The notes: generated by a model from the sequence alone, not told the origin. 25,268 bases of DNA from an uncultured Methanosarcinales archaeon (GCA_964647565.1 CAZYIM010000035.1:1-25268); one strand, 5' to 3'; shown: positions 1 through 9,137, counted from the stretch's first letter. Made by a program: numbers and translations.

Positions 1-140
1 ACCTTTGCATTGAGATCCAACTGTTCTACATCACAACCTTGTTGTTTGAGAAATGAATACAGAGTGGCAATGGCTAATGAAGGGACAATTTGAGGATCTC
101 TGTGACCCGCATAAAATGGGAAAATAAGTTTTACTTTCAT
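1..140 (-). CDS. B12-binding radical SAM protein, N-terminal fragment (runs off the left edge; not in ORF track)
   Basis: ATG at 140 overlaps the TGA of the upstream GT-C (ATGA). Manual translation MKVKLIFPFYAGHRDPQIVPSLAIATLYSFLKQQGCDVEQLDLNAK matches the N-termini of the other B12-RS paralogs (MKVTLINPP...PMGITYLATFLKQRGLEVNFID). Confidence 0.8.
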   Translation of the reverse strand, partial: MKVKLIFPFYAGHRDPQIVPSLAIATLYSFLKQQGCDVEQLDLNAK

Positions 141-1705
141 TTTTTTATACCTTTCAATTTATATAAAAATAAATCCCTGCCTTTAAAATTTAGATATTCT
201 TCTACATCATATTTTATTTCAAGACTCTTTAGAAAAATATCCTGGTCTCCAAAATCCATATTTTTTATTACATCTGAATTCATATAAAATAAGACACATC
301 CGCCATTTTCAACGATTTTGTCAATCCTAGGACCATGTTCTTTGAGATATTCATTTGAAACCACATTTGAGTCGACAATAGCCAGGACAGAAACATATGT
401 GTATGATATGAGAGTACAATCAGGATTAATATTCGCTTCTTTTAAGAACTTGTACGCATCATGTCTGATATCTTCTTCAAATAAGAATTCCCTATTGATA
501 ACTGGAGTGCTTATAAAATATAAAATAAGAATTATTATCAAAACTTTCTTCCAGACTGGTTTTGATATTTTATTCGATAACCAAACGATTCCTTGAGTTG
601 CCAGCAGAATGAGGGGTATATAAAGAAGTGTACTGAATCTGATAGACATTCCTGCGGAAAACACACCTGATTCGTAAGCCGAGAAAAATAACAATAAAAT
701 CAGAAATAAATAACCTAAGAACTTCCGCACATTTTCTTTCTTTTTTAAGGTAATAAATCCTAAGATCCCGAAAAGAGTAATAAGAACTGGGTGAGTGATA
801 CTAATGAACCAATAGATGATATTCTGAATAAATTGTGAACGGAACATGGAAATATGTTCAATCGGAGATAAGCTCCATCCGCGGGTTCCGTCTCCTATGC
901 CTTCTTTTAAGAATAATAGAAAAGGGACATTTAGTATTAGTAATATTAAGAAGACCAATAAGGCTTTTTTATAATTTTTTTTCTTATCAAAAAGCCACAA
1001 TACAATTGGAAATATGGCTATAAATAAAAAATTCTCAGATCTGGTCTGGATAAAGATAGTCCAGAACAATATAGCCATTCCAAGGAAAAGGATTTTTTGG
1101 TTTTTAATATAGTTGAAAAGCAAATAAAAGCTGAACAAGAGTAGAAAAATTGAAAGGATTTCTGAAGACATGCTTCCAGAGAGTCTGAGATTTACTGGCA
1201 ATATAGCAATGATAAATGCGCTCCAAAGGGCTTTTTTTTCATCTTTAAAAAAGATATATGTGAACATAAAGAACATCAAAGATGTTAGGACTCCTATAGT
1301 GGAGGAAAACAAAAAACCGCTTGTATCTGTAGTCCCAAACACTTTTAATACCCAGGATAGTGCAATAATATAAAATGGGGGTTTAGGGAAATAAATGCAG
1401 TTGGTACATACTTGATCTATTTTTTCAACGCATAAACAAAACAAATTGCTATCCTGAAGATTTAGTGCCATATTCTTGTGGAACATATCATCCCAGAAGA
1501 CCTGATATGTGTGGTTGACATAGAAAAATCTCAGCCCAAAAGAAACAACTATAATCAGCAACAAAATTAGCCAGGTATGTTTCTTAATTTTTTTTAAGGG
1601 CAGTATTATTTGTTTTCCATTAATAAAAAGTAATATTATGAGTCCTATAACTATAACTGCAATATAATAGAAATAATAATTAATTATTAAATTTTGAATG
1701 TTCAT
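137..1705 (-). CDS. GT-C fold membrane glycosyltransferase (PMT_2/ArnT-like), paralog 1
   Basis: 522 aa, many TM helices. LRFF helix end followed by WDD acidic loop motif, KPPFY, SE and RSE motifs, and a C-terminal soluble domain with Cys. Confidence 0.85.
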   Translation of the reverse strand: MNIQNLIINYYFYYIAVIVIGLIILLFINGKQIILPLKKIKKHTWLILLLIIVVSFGLRFFYVNHTYQVFWDDMFHKNMALNLQDSNLFCLCVEKIDQVCTNCIYFPKPPFYIIALSWVLKVFGTTDTSGFLFSSTIGVLTSLMFFMFTYIFFKDEKKALWSAFIIAILPVNLRLSGSMSSEILSIFLLLFSFYLLFNYIKNQKILFLGMAILFWTIFIQTRSENFLFIAIFPIVLWLFDKKKNYKKALLVFLILLILNVPFLLFLKEGIGDGTRGWSLSPIEHISMFRSQFIQNIIYWFISITHPVLITLFGILGFITLKKKENVRKFLGYLFLILLLFFSAYESGVFSAGMSIRFSTLLYIPLILLATQGIVWLSNKISKPVWKKVLIIILILYFISTPVINREFLFEEDIRHDAYKFLKEANINPDCTLISYTYVSVLAIVDSNVVSNEYLKEHGPRIDKIVENGGCVLFYMNSDVIKNMDFGDQDIFLKSLEIKYDVEEYLNFKGRDLFLYKLKGIKK

Positions 1706-1707
1706 TT

Positions 1708-3384
1708 TCAGGATATTTTATACAGGGTGATCTTTGCATTACCCTCTTTATAGACCTTATATATTTCTGTGTCATAATGTTTTTTAACATAATAACAGAC
1801 GTCCAACCCTTGGAAAGCACAGTGATTGTTCTCGTATAGAAGAACGCAGTCATTATTTTTCAGATGAGACCTTAGGGTGTCTTGTCTTGTCAATTCTAAT
1901 CCGCTTATGACCTTTATATCTGTGGTTGAAGATACCAGGGTTGGCCAAAAACTTACAACCCAGCAATCTTGGGGAATATCATTTTCAAGTTGATTGGGTA
2001 CAACTGTATTAAGCACGAGATGGTCCTTAGGCTCGCCTGTTAGGGGAACTACACCAATTATGAGTGTAAATAAAACGATCAATGTTACGGCTAAGCTGAT
2101 TATATCCTTGGCTTTAGTATTGAAGTTAGATATTTTGTTCATACCATATGCTGCCAGCAGTATAAGACCTATGAATGGAAATACAAAATATTTTTCTCGC
2201 ACTTTCACGAAAATGGAGTAGACAATTATCAAACTGATAATATAGGTCAATAGAAATGACAATTCCTGGCGGTTCTTTCCAAACATAAAGATCGCGCCTG
2301 CAATTATGAATATCCAAAGGGTGTTGAATGTCCTTAAAAATAGGTTCTGGAAGAAGATGGAGTTCCCTCTTAAGAAACCAGTGCTAAAAACCTGATCTCC
2401 ATGAATTTTCTTTTGATCCTCGATGCTAAGTTGTGTTTGGAACCAATAAGCTGTTATGGTTATGAATATGATGAATAGACAAATGATGAACGGCAGTAAA
2501 TGTTTTTCTAATCGCAATATTTTCTTCTTTTCTCGAAATGGATTGATCTTAAAAATAAAAAAACTAATCAAGAAGATAAAAAGAAATATACCGAACTCAA
2601 CTCTAACTTGAAGCAAAAGCATTAATGAAACTATAAATATCCATATAAGCTTGCTGTCGCCGATTTCCTTGTAAATTAAGAAGATTGCGGTTGTGATAAG
2701 AATAATGACGCTGGCAAAGGCAATAACGTCTGCATAAACTGTATGAACGATTTGCATCGGAAAAAAAGCGATAATAAGTGAAGCATATAGGGCCAGTTTT
2801 TCTTTCTTTGAAAGCAGGTATGCAACACAAAACATTGCGGGTATGCTCAATGCGCCAATTACAGACACCATGTTCAGGGCTCCAAGATTGCTCTTGCCGA
2901 AAATAAAGAACAATATTCCAAGCATCACCGACCACGCAACAGGTTTAGGTGTTTGCCTGCATAATTCTTCAGTCCCAATGTACCTGCAAGTCTCTACCTT
3001 GCCAGATTGCATAAAATTCTTAGCACCTTCCATATACCAAAATTCATCCACAATAATCTTGTGAACATGAGGTATTAAGGCTACCCTGACAACTAATGCG
3101 ACCAAGAATATTATCAATAAGATAATCCATGTTTTATTAGTAATATTGCTGAACGGTTTACTAATCAATTTGAAATTCCTGATAATAAGATAAGTAAGTG
3201 CGATCATGGTGATAAAACTGCCCAGACCTGCCCAGAGGCTTAGGTTTATTTTAATAAATGAAAAGAGGAACTTGAGCAGAGCTAGAAATACCACAGTTGA
3301 TATCAGAAAAATTCTGGCATTATTCTTAATAAAAACTAGTTTAGAGTTTAATAATTCCATAAAAAAATTACTATTTCGTCTCAC
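1708..3384 (-). CDS. GT-C fold membrane glycosyltransferase, paralog 2
   Basis: 558 aa, GTG start preceded by AAGGGGGAAGT. VRVAL..IIVDEFWY motif, KPVAW, RVE, polytopic, Cys-rich C-terminal domain. Confidence 0.85.
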   Translation of the reverse strand: MRRNSNFFMELLNSKLVFIKNNARIFLISTVVFLALLKFLFSFIKINLSLWAGLGSFITMIALTYLIIRNFKLISKPFSNITNKTWIILLIIFLVALVVRVALIPHVHKIIVDEFWYMEGAKNFMQSGKVETCRYIGTEELCRQTPKPVAWSVMLGILFFIFGKSNLGALNMVSVIGALSIPAMFCVAYLLSKKEKLALYASLIIAFFPMQIVHTVYADVIAFASVIILITTAIFLIYKEIGDSKLIWIFIVSLMLLLQVRVEFGIFLFIFLISFFIFKINPFREKKKILRLEKHLLPFIICLFIIFITITAYWFQTQLSIEDQKKIHGDQVFSTGFLRGNSIFFQNLFLRTFNTLWIFIIAGAIFMFGKNRQELSFLLTYIISLIIVYSIFVKVREKYFVFPFIGLILLAAYGMNKISNFNTKAKDIISLAVTLIVLFTLIIGVVPLTGEPKDHLVLNTVVPNQLENDIPQDCWVVSFWPTLVSSTTDIKVISGLELTRQDTLRSHLKNNDCVLLYENNHCAFQGLDVCYYVKKHYDTEIYKVYKEGNAKITLYKIS

Positions 3385-3415
3385 ACTTCCCCCTTTTTAT
3401 GAAGAAATAGAGGAA

Positions 3416-3429
3416 TATATAAACTTTTT
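3416..3429 (-). promoter_or_regulatory. Archaeal-type BRE+TATA promoter for the GT-C/GT-C/B12-RS leftward operon
   Basis: Minus strand AAAAAG-TTTATATA, 31 nt upstream of the GTG at 3384. Confidence 0.65.
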
Positions 3430-3438
3430 GGGAGGTGG

Positions 3439-3571
3439 GGCTTTGTAGAAAAAATCTCTGTCTATGCCTTGATTACCATTGAATGCTGAGGCATTTATGG
3501 CAAGGCCAGGCGTAGCTTATCTATGAAACGAAGTAAATAGGTAAGCAAAGTAAGAGATTTTCTACAAAACA
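3439..3571. mobile_element. MITE-like non-autonomous element with IS5-family (IS903-group-like) terminal inverted repeats
   Basis: Left end GGCTTTGTAGAAAAAATCTCT (3439-3459), right end reverse complement TGTTTTGTAGAAAATCTCT (3553-3571). Flanking 9-mers GGGAGGTGG and GGGCGGTTG match 7/9. Internal hairpins, no ORF. Confidence 0.55.
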
Positions 3572-3642
3572 GGGCGGTTGGTTAAACTTAAATAATCATA
3601 CAAGCTTTGCTTGCTTTTTCGTTTCGCCATTCGCGGCATTAC

Positions 3643-3656
3643 AAAACCTTTTTATA
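3643..3656 (+). promoter_or_regulatory. Archaeal-type BRE+TATA promoter for the B12-RS/carbamoyltransferase operon
   Basis: AAAACC-TTTTTATA, followed by AGGTGG SD-like motif at 3680-3685 and TTG start at 3693. Confidence 0.55.
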
Positions 3657-3692
3657 CCTCTTCTCCCTCTCCTCTTAATAGGTGGTTGTTAT

Positions 3693-5081
3693 TTGAAGGT
3701 TGCTCTTATTTATCCTAGGATGAAGTACGCTTCAGGAGATGTACCTTTGGGGTTAGCGTATATAGCAGCATCCATAATAAAAAATTTTCCAGATTTCCAT
3801 GTTGAGATAATCGATACTACTTTCCATCCTTCATTTGCCTATGTATTTTCTCGTCTCAAAAAAGGATTTGATATGGTCTTTGTTTCTGCTATGACTATCA
3901 TGTCGCCTGATGTGAAGCAAATCACTAAAATGGCCAAGCGCATCAATCCAGCCTGTTTTGTTGCCATAGGCGGGCCTCAACCAACCATCAATCCTTCAGT
4001 ATCATTATCGCTTCCAACTGTGGATGCAGTGGTGATTGGAGAAGGAGAGATTTCAATCATCGAATTAATCAAAAGAATAACTAACAAGTCAACTTTAGAT
4101 GGTATTCCGGGTATATGGTTTAAGAATAACCATAATATGATAAAAAATCCGCCCAATCTTCCTATTGAGCAGCTTGACCAGTTGCCCTTTCCAGCATTCT
4201 TCCTTTTGGAGATGGACAAATATATTCAGCATTGGTTCCAGCTTGACTCATATAAGCCAAATTTGAGAGGGACAAATATGCTTGCCAGCAGAGGATGTCC
4301 TTATAACTGTACATTTTGCCAGCCTACTCTACGACTGTTGTTCGGAGATCGGTTAAAGCAAAGACATCCTGCGAATATTGTTGCTGAAATCGCCCATTTG
4401 AAACGTCATTACAACATAAATTCAATTATGTTTGCAGATGATACATTTATGGTGGACAGAAAATGGGTTTTTGATATCTCTGATAAACTTATTAATCTGA
4501 AGTTGAATATTTTTTGGGGTTGTGGTACGAGAGCAAACCTTGTGGATAAAGATATTTTGTCCAAGATGAAAAAAGCAGGTCTAAGATTCTTGAGTATAGG
4601 TCTTGAATCTGCTAGTCAGAAGATTCTAGATACGGTTTACAACAAGCAGATCACTCTTTTTCAAGTTAATGCTGGAGTCTCAATCATTAAATCCCTCAAA
4701 TTAAAATTAAGAGGACATTTCATGCTCGGAGCTCCTGGTGAGACAAAAGCAAACATAATTAACACTATTAAGTTTGCCAAAAGGTTAGATCTGGATGAAG
4801 CGACCTTTTCGATAACAACACCCTTGCCAGGAACTCTTCTTTATGATATTGCCAAAAAAAATAACTGGATTGATACCAACAACGCTGGTAGATATGACTA
4901 TTATAAAGAGTCTTGTTTTAAACAGACCACAGACCTATCTAAGAAAGATCTGTATAGATTGAAAATATGGGGATATTTTGTTTTTTATCTTCGGTTAAAA
5001 AAGCTAAAATATTTAATCAGGGACTTTTTCACTGATAAAAGGTTCATAAAAAAATTGATTATCAAAATGAAAAGATTATGA
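3693..5081 (+). CDS. Cobalamin-binding radical SAM protein (class B methyltransferase-like)
   Basis: N-terminal B12-binding domain (PLGLAYIAA, GGPQPT, GEGE), SRGCPYNCTFC cluster motif, FADDTF, GLES, FMLGAPGET. Confidence 0.92.
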   Translation: MKVALIYPRMKYASGDVPLGLAYIAASIIKNFPDFHVEIIDTTFHPSFAYVFSRLKKGFDMVFVSAMTIMSPDVKQITKMAKRINPACFVAIGGPQPTINPSVSLSLPTVDAVVIGEGEISIIELIKRITNKSTLDGIPGIWFKNNHNMIKNPPNLPIEQLDQLPFPAFFLLEMDKYIQHWFQLDSYKPNLRGTNMLASRGCPYNCTFCQPTLRLLFGDRLKQRHPANIVAEIAHLKRHYNINSIMFADDTFMVDRKWVFDISDKLINLKLNIFWGCGTRANLVDKDILSKMKKAGLRFLSIGLESASQKILDTVYNKQITLFQVNAGVSIIKSLKLKLRGHFMLGAPGETKANIINTIKFAKRLDLDEATFSITTPLPGTLLYDIAKKNNWIDTNNAGRYDYYKESCFKQTTDLSKKDLYRLKIWGYFVFYLRLKKLKYLIRDFFTDKRFIKKLIIKMKRL

Positions 5082-6778
5082 CTCAGAAATATTCTCTCGG
5101 AATTGTTGACAGTCAAAATGACTGCGGAGCTGCATTAATGCATAATGGAAAAATTATTTTCGCAGTCAATGAAGAAAGACTCATAAGACAGAAGTTCGTT
5201 GGCGGATTTCCAAAAGAATCCATTAAAGCTATATTCCAATTTACAAATATAAACCCTTCAGATATATCTGAGATAGTGGTGGGAGGGATTCTTACACCGC
5301 CTGTTTTTGCACGAATGTTTAGGTCCTTACAGAAGATAGAGTATCAGGTAAGAAAAAAAAGAGTGAATAATTTCAAGACGTTTCTTACAGATCTTGCTCA
5401 ATTTAGACTTAAGGTTCATGTAGTGGCTCCTAATTCCTTATTGGGGCAAATGTTGATGCCTCTTGTCAAGCCGGTTTTTAGAAAGGATATACCTAAGAGA
5501 CTGAAAAAGAAACCCTTGTTTTTTATAGATCATCATCTGGCTCATGCCGCAGCAGCTTACTATACACAGGAAAAGGAGAAAGTTCTGGCAATTACTGCAG
5601 ATGGTTGTGGGGATGGACTCTCTCTTACAATAAATATTTGCAGTCCTAAGGGTATTAAAAAAATCTATACTGTTGAAGCCGTAAATTCATATGGTTGGTT
5701 TTATGGCTTGGTCACATTATCATTGGGATTTCAGTGGCATAAGCATGAGGGTAAGGTAACTGGTTTGGCAGCTTATGGAAATCCTGGAAATGTCAAGGAG
5801 AAGTTCCCATTCAAGCTTAAAAAACAAAAAATAATCTATTCTAAACATTGGGGTGAAAAGGGCTTAAGGTATCTAAAGAAAATAATGAAAAAATACAGTC
5901 GTGAAGATATTGCTGCATGGGTCCAGCATCATACGGAGCAGCATATTATGCGCATTGCAGATTATTGGGTTAAAAAGACAGGAATAAAAGACGTAGTGCT
6001 TTGCGGAGGTTTGTTTGCCAATGTAAAACTCAACCAAAGGATTCATGAATTAGACTCAGTAGAATCAGTCTATGTATTTCCTCATATGGGTGATGGAGGT
6101 CTGGCCGTGGGTTCTCTTCTATATCATATTAGGCCAAAACCTGCTAGGCTTGATGGTGCTTTTTTTGGGCCGGAATATGATGATGCTGAAATACTGGCAG
6201 AGCTGAAAAGAGAAGCATTAAGCTATAGAAAACCAGATCATCTAGAAACAGAAGTTGCAAAATTGCTTGCAAAAGGAAAAGTGGTTGCATGGTTCGATGG
6301 ACGAATGGAGTTTGGCCCAAGAGCTCTTGGACATAGAAGTATTCTTTACCAGACTACAGATCCTAAAGTCAACGACTGGCTGAATAATAAGCTTAACAGG
6401 ACTGAATTCATGCCATTCTGCCCTGTAACCCTTAGTTCGCAGGCAGATAAATGCTATAAGAACATAGAGGGTTCAAAATATACTGCAAAATTCATGAACA
6501 TGACCTTTGACTGTACAGAATATATGAAAAAAGTCAGTCCGGGGGTGGTGCATGTTGATGGTACTGCCAGGCCTCAACTTATAATCCAAAAAGACAATCC
6601 AAAATACTATAATACCCTAAAGGAATATTATAAACTGACAGGAATTCCAAGTCTCATAAATACAAGTCTCAATATGCATGAAGAACCTATTGTGTGTACG
6701 CCCAGGGATGCTATACGTGCTTTTAAGCAGAGCAAATTGGACTGTTTAGTAATTGGTAGCTTTATTGCTAGTCTTTAG
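5078..6778 (+). CDS. O-carbamoyltransferase, NodU/CmcH/TobZ family, copy 1
   Basis: EER, HHLAHA, DGCGD, EGKVTGLA, GGLFAN, EFGPRALGHRS, HVDGTARPQ, NTSLNMHEEP. ATGA-coupled to the upstream gene. Confidence 0.93.
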   Translation: MTQKYSLGIVDSQNDCGAALMHNGKIIFAVNEERLIRQKFVGGFPKESIKAIFQFTNINPSDISEIVVGGILTPPVFARMFRSLQKIEYQVRKKRVNNFKTFLTDLAQFRLKVHVVAPNSLLGQMLMPLVKPVFRKDIPKRLKKKPLFFIDHHLAHAAAAYYTQEKEKVLAITADGCGDGLSLTINICSPKGIKKIYTVEAVNSYGWFYGLVTLSLGFQWHKHEGKVTGLAAYGNPGNVKEKFPFKLKKQKIIYSKHWGEKGLRYLKKIMKKYSREDIAAWVQHHTEQHIMRIADYWVKKTGIKDVVLCGGLFANVKLNQRIHELDSVESVYVFPHMGDGGLAVGSLLYHIRPKPARLDGAFFGPEYDDAEILAELKREALSYRKPDHLETEVAKLLAKGKVVAWFDGRMEFGPRALGHRSILYQTTDPKVNDWLNNKLNRTEFMPFCPVTLSSQADKCYKNIEGSKYTAKFMNMTFDCTEYMKKVSPGVVHVDGTARPQLIIQKDNPKYYNTLKEYYKLTGIPSLINTSLNMHEEPIVCTPRDAIRAFKQSKLDCLVIGSFIASL

Positions 6779-7724
6779 AAAACGTAGCTCTCAGGAATCT
6801 TCTTAAAAAAATCAAGCCAAGCATTGCTGGAAAAATATAGCCAATTGCAGAAATAAGCATACCTGTTCCAAATAAGGCCTCCGCGCTTGCAACCTTAGTT
6901 AGAAGAACTATTAACAAAGATTCTCGGACACCTATACCTGAGACTGTTATTGGCAGGATGGCTGCAAAAACAATTAATGGTATAAAAATAAATATGTCTG
7001 CTGCTCCTGCCGACACACCAACTGCTTTTAGAATAATCCAATAGAAAAAAATAATTCCCAATTGGATCAGTGCAGAATAGCTTATGAGGATTATAGTCCT
7101 TAGGATGGGTGTTTGCTGGAATAGATGCAATAGTTCTCTTATGCTTTCATCTGCGTTGTTAGAGATTTTTTTTGCAAAGAATGAGATGATATTTTGAACC
7201 AATTTTATTTTGAGTGAAAAACTAACAATAATAATCAAGATTGGAATTATCAGGAAATAGATATAGTAGTTGCTGATGCTTGAGTTCATGAATACCATTG
7301 GCAGCCCTATAATGATGAAAATGAATAGACCTGCAATATCTATAAACGTATTAAAAAGCTCAGAACTCAGACCTCTTTTTATGCTAAGTTTAAATTTTTT
7401 TTTTAAATAAATGATCGAGAATATCTTGCCTGTTCTCATCGGCAGCAGGGTATTTAAGGGTATATTTCCCAGTCTCATAAACAATGCAACCTTGAACGGC
7501 ACCTCGATGCCTGCTTCTTTTAATACTAATTTGTATTTATGAGCTATAAGGATGATGTTGACTAAAACAGTAACTATTAGACTGAGGATTATCCAATATG
7601 CATTGCTGTTTAAGATGATACCTAATGCCTTCATGAAATCCAGTTCATATATCAACCAAAGTAGTATAATTAGTGATATCAGTGTTACAACAATACTACT
7701 TAGCAGATTCTTGTTATTTTTCAT
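6768..7724 (-). CDS. Lysylphosphatidylglycerol-synthase-TM family (UPF0104/AglD-like) membrane protein, putative flippase
   Basis: 318 aa, about 8 TM. NTLLPMRTG and the hallmark LPITVSGIGVRE motif. Confidence 0.85.
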   Translation of the reverse strand: MKNNKNLLSSIVVTLISLIILLWLIYELDFMKALGIILNSNAYWIILSLIVTVLVNIILIAHKYKLVLKEAGIEVPFKVALFMRLGNIPLNTLLPMRTGKIFSIIYLKKKFKLSIKRGLSSELFNTFIDIAGLFIFIIIGLPMVFMNSSISNYYIYFLIIPILIIIVSFSLKIKLVQNIISFFAKKISNNADESIRELLHLFQQTPILRTIILISYSALIQLGIIFFYWIILKAVGVSAGAADIFIFIPLIVFAAILPITVSGIGVRESLLIVLLTKVASAEALFGTGMLISAIGYIFPAMLGLIFLRRFLRATFSKD

Positions 7725-9137
7725 TTATCTCATCACCCTTCTTGAAAAAAGCATCTTTATTGCGGCAGTAATATATCTTTTTAACTCTTCAAATGAACCC
7801 AGAGAAAGCAAGGTCCTTAGTATATAAGTTGGTCTTAGATAGAATCGTTTATAGAATAGCTTAGTCAGATATTCCTTATCATTATCACTTAACTTGCACC
7901 AAGGAGATGGGATGCATCTTTCAATCTCCTGCCCAAGGATATATTCTTTCCAATAATCCCTACCCCTCATCTGAATGGTCTGGTCATCAAGCTCTGTTTT
8001 TGGCTTGGGTACTGTCTTGGAAACCTGGACATAGTTAATTTTAAGTTTCTTAGCGAACTTAATAGTTGCAAGAACACTTTTCTTGGTATCGCCAGGATTA
8101 CCGATCATAAAGAAACCTAGAGGCATTATGCCGAATTTATTGGTAAGATTAATAATTTTTTCTACCTTGGTTAAATCAAGTTCTTTCTTGGTTTTTTTCA
8201 GTACCTCTGGACTAACAGACTCAATACCGTACAGGATCCTGATACATCCTGCCTTGCCCATCTCCCTAAGAACTTCCTCATTCACAGTATCAATCCTTGA
8301 TCTGCAGGACCATACAAGATCTAATTTTCTTTTCCTTAGCAGCTTGCAAAATTTAATAACCCTTTTCTTATTGACAGTGAATATTGGATCAAAAAAATCA
8401 ATCTCTCTAACCCCATATTTATGATACGCGTGTTCTACCTCTGCAACAACACTTTCAGCAGAACGTTCTGTATAGGGGAGGTCTTTGACTGCGCAGAAAG
8501 TGCATTTGAAAGGGCAGCTCATACCGCCAAACATTATTGTGAAATTCTTTTTTTTGGATATAAACTGGCAGTACCTATGATGTGGCAAGCCATATAGGTC
8601 TGGAAATGGAAGCAGTTCAATATCATCACCAGATGCATTGGGATTGATGATAATTTTTCCGTTTTTCCTATAGCACATACCTTTAATATGAGTATAGTCT
8701 TCTCCTTTTTCATAACATTTTAAAAATTCAGTTAAAGATGTTCTTGAACTTCCCCTGATGCCGAAGTCAAATTCTGGATGTTGCATTGAATCTTCAGTAT
8801 AAAGGTCAAAATGATGTCCTCCTACAAGAATCGGTTTATCATAATATTTTTTAAAATATCGAATCCAGGCCATACAGTCCCAGAATCTGTAGGTTGAATG
8901 CAGGGAAACAAGAATTATGTCAGGATTGAATCTTTTAATCTTCTTAAGTGTCTCTTTTTTAGTTAATTTTGAAGCGATTGTGTCTATTATCTGGACTTGA
9001 TGCCCTGCTTTAATTGCAAGCGATTTTAAATAGCCAAGACTCATCGGAGGATATACTCCAAACTCTTCAGTTACAGTAGCTGTATTCTCCTCAAATAACT
9101 TATAGTAGTGTGGTGGATAAACCAGTGATATGCGCAT
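7725..9137 (-). CDS. Cobalamin-binding radical SAM protein (divergent motifs)
   Basis: CPFKCTFC, FFDPIF, YGIES, FMIGNPGDT. Start placed at ATG 9137 (MRISLVYPP), which matches paralog N-termini and follows AAGGGGTTG; the track uses TTG 9143. Confidence 0.9.
   Translation of the reverse strand: MRISLVYPPHYYKLFEENTATVTEEFGVYPPMSLGYLKSLAIKAGHQVQIIDTIASKLTKKETLKKIKRFNPDIILVSLHSTYRFWDCMAWIRYFKKYYDKPILVGGHHFDLYTEDSMQHPEFDFGIRGSSRTSLTEFLKCYEKGEDYTHIKGMCYRKNGKIIINPNASGDDIELLPFPDLYGLPHHRYCQFISKKKNFTIMFGGMSCPFKCTFCAVKDLPYTERSAESVVAEVEHAYHKYGVREIDFFDPIFTVNKKRVIKFCKLLRKRKLDLVWSCRSRIDTVNEEVLREMGKAGCIRILYGIESVSPEVLKKTKKELDLTKVEKIINLTNKFGIMPLGFFMIGNPGDTKKSVLATIKFAKKLKINYVQVSKTVPKPKTELDDQTIQMRGRDYWKEYILGQEIERCIPSPWCKLSDNDKEYLTKLFYKRFYLRPTYILRTLLSLGSFEELKRYITAAIKMLFSRRVMR

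Noticed and set aside
3439..3692. Cobalamin riboswitch upstream of the B12-RS gene
   Set aside because: No GGGAA or GCCACTG B12-box consensus, and the structure lies upstream of the predicted TATA box, so it would not be in the mRNA leader.
7395..7404. T10 homopolymer in the flippase gene (and several A8/T8-9 runs) as phase-variation tracts
   Set aside because: The genes are in frame, and such runs are expected from Lys and Phe codons in AT-rich DNA. There is no evidence without read-level length variation.
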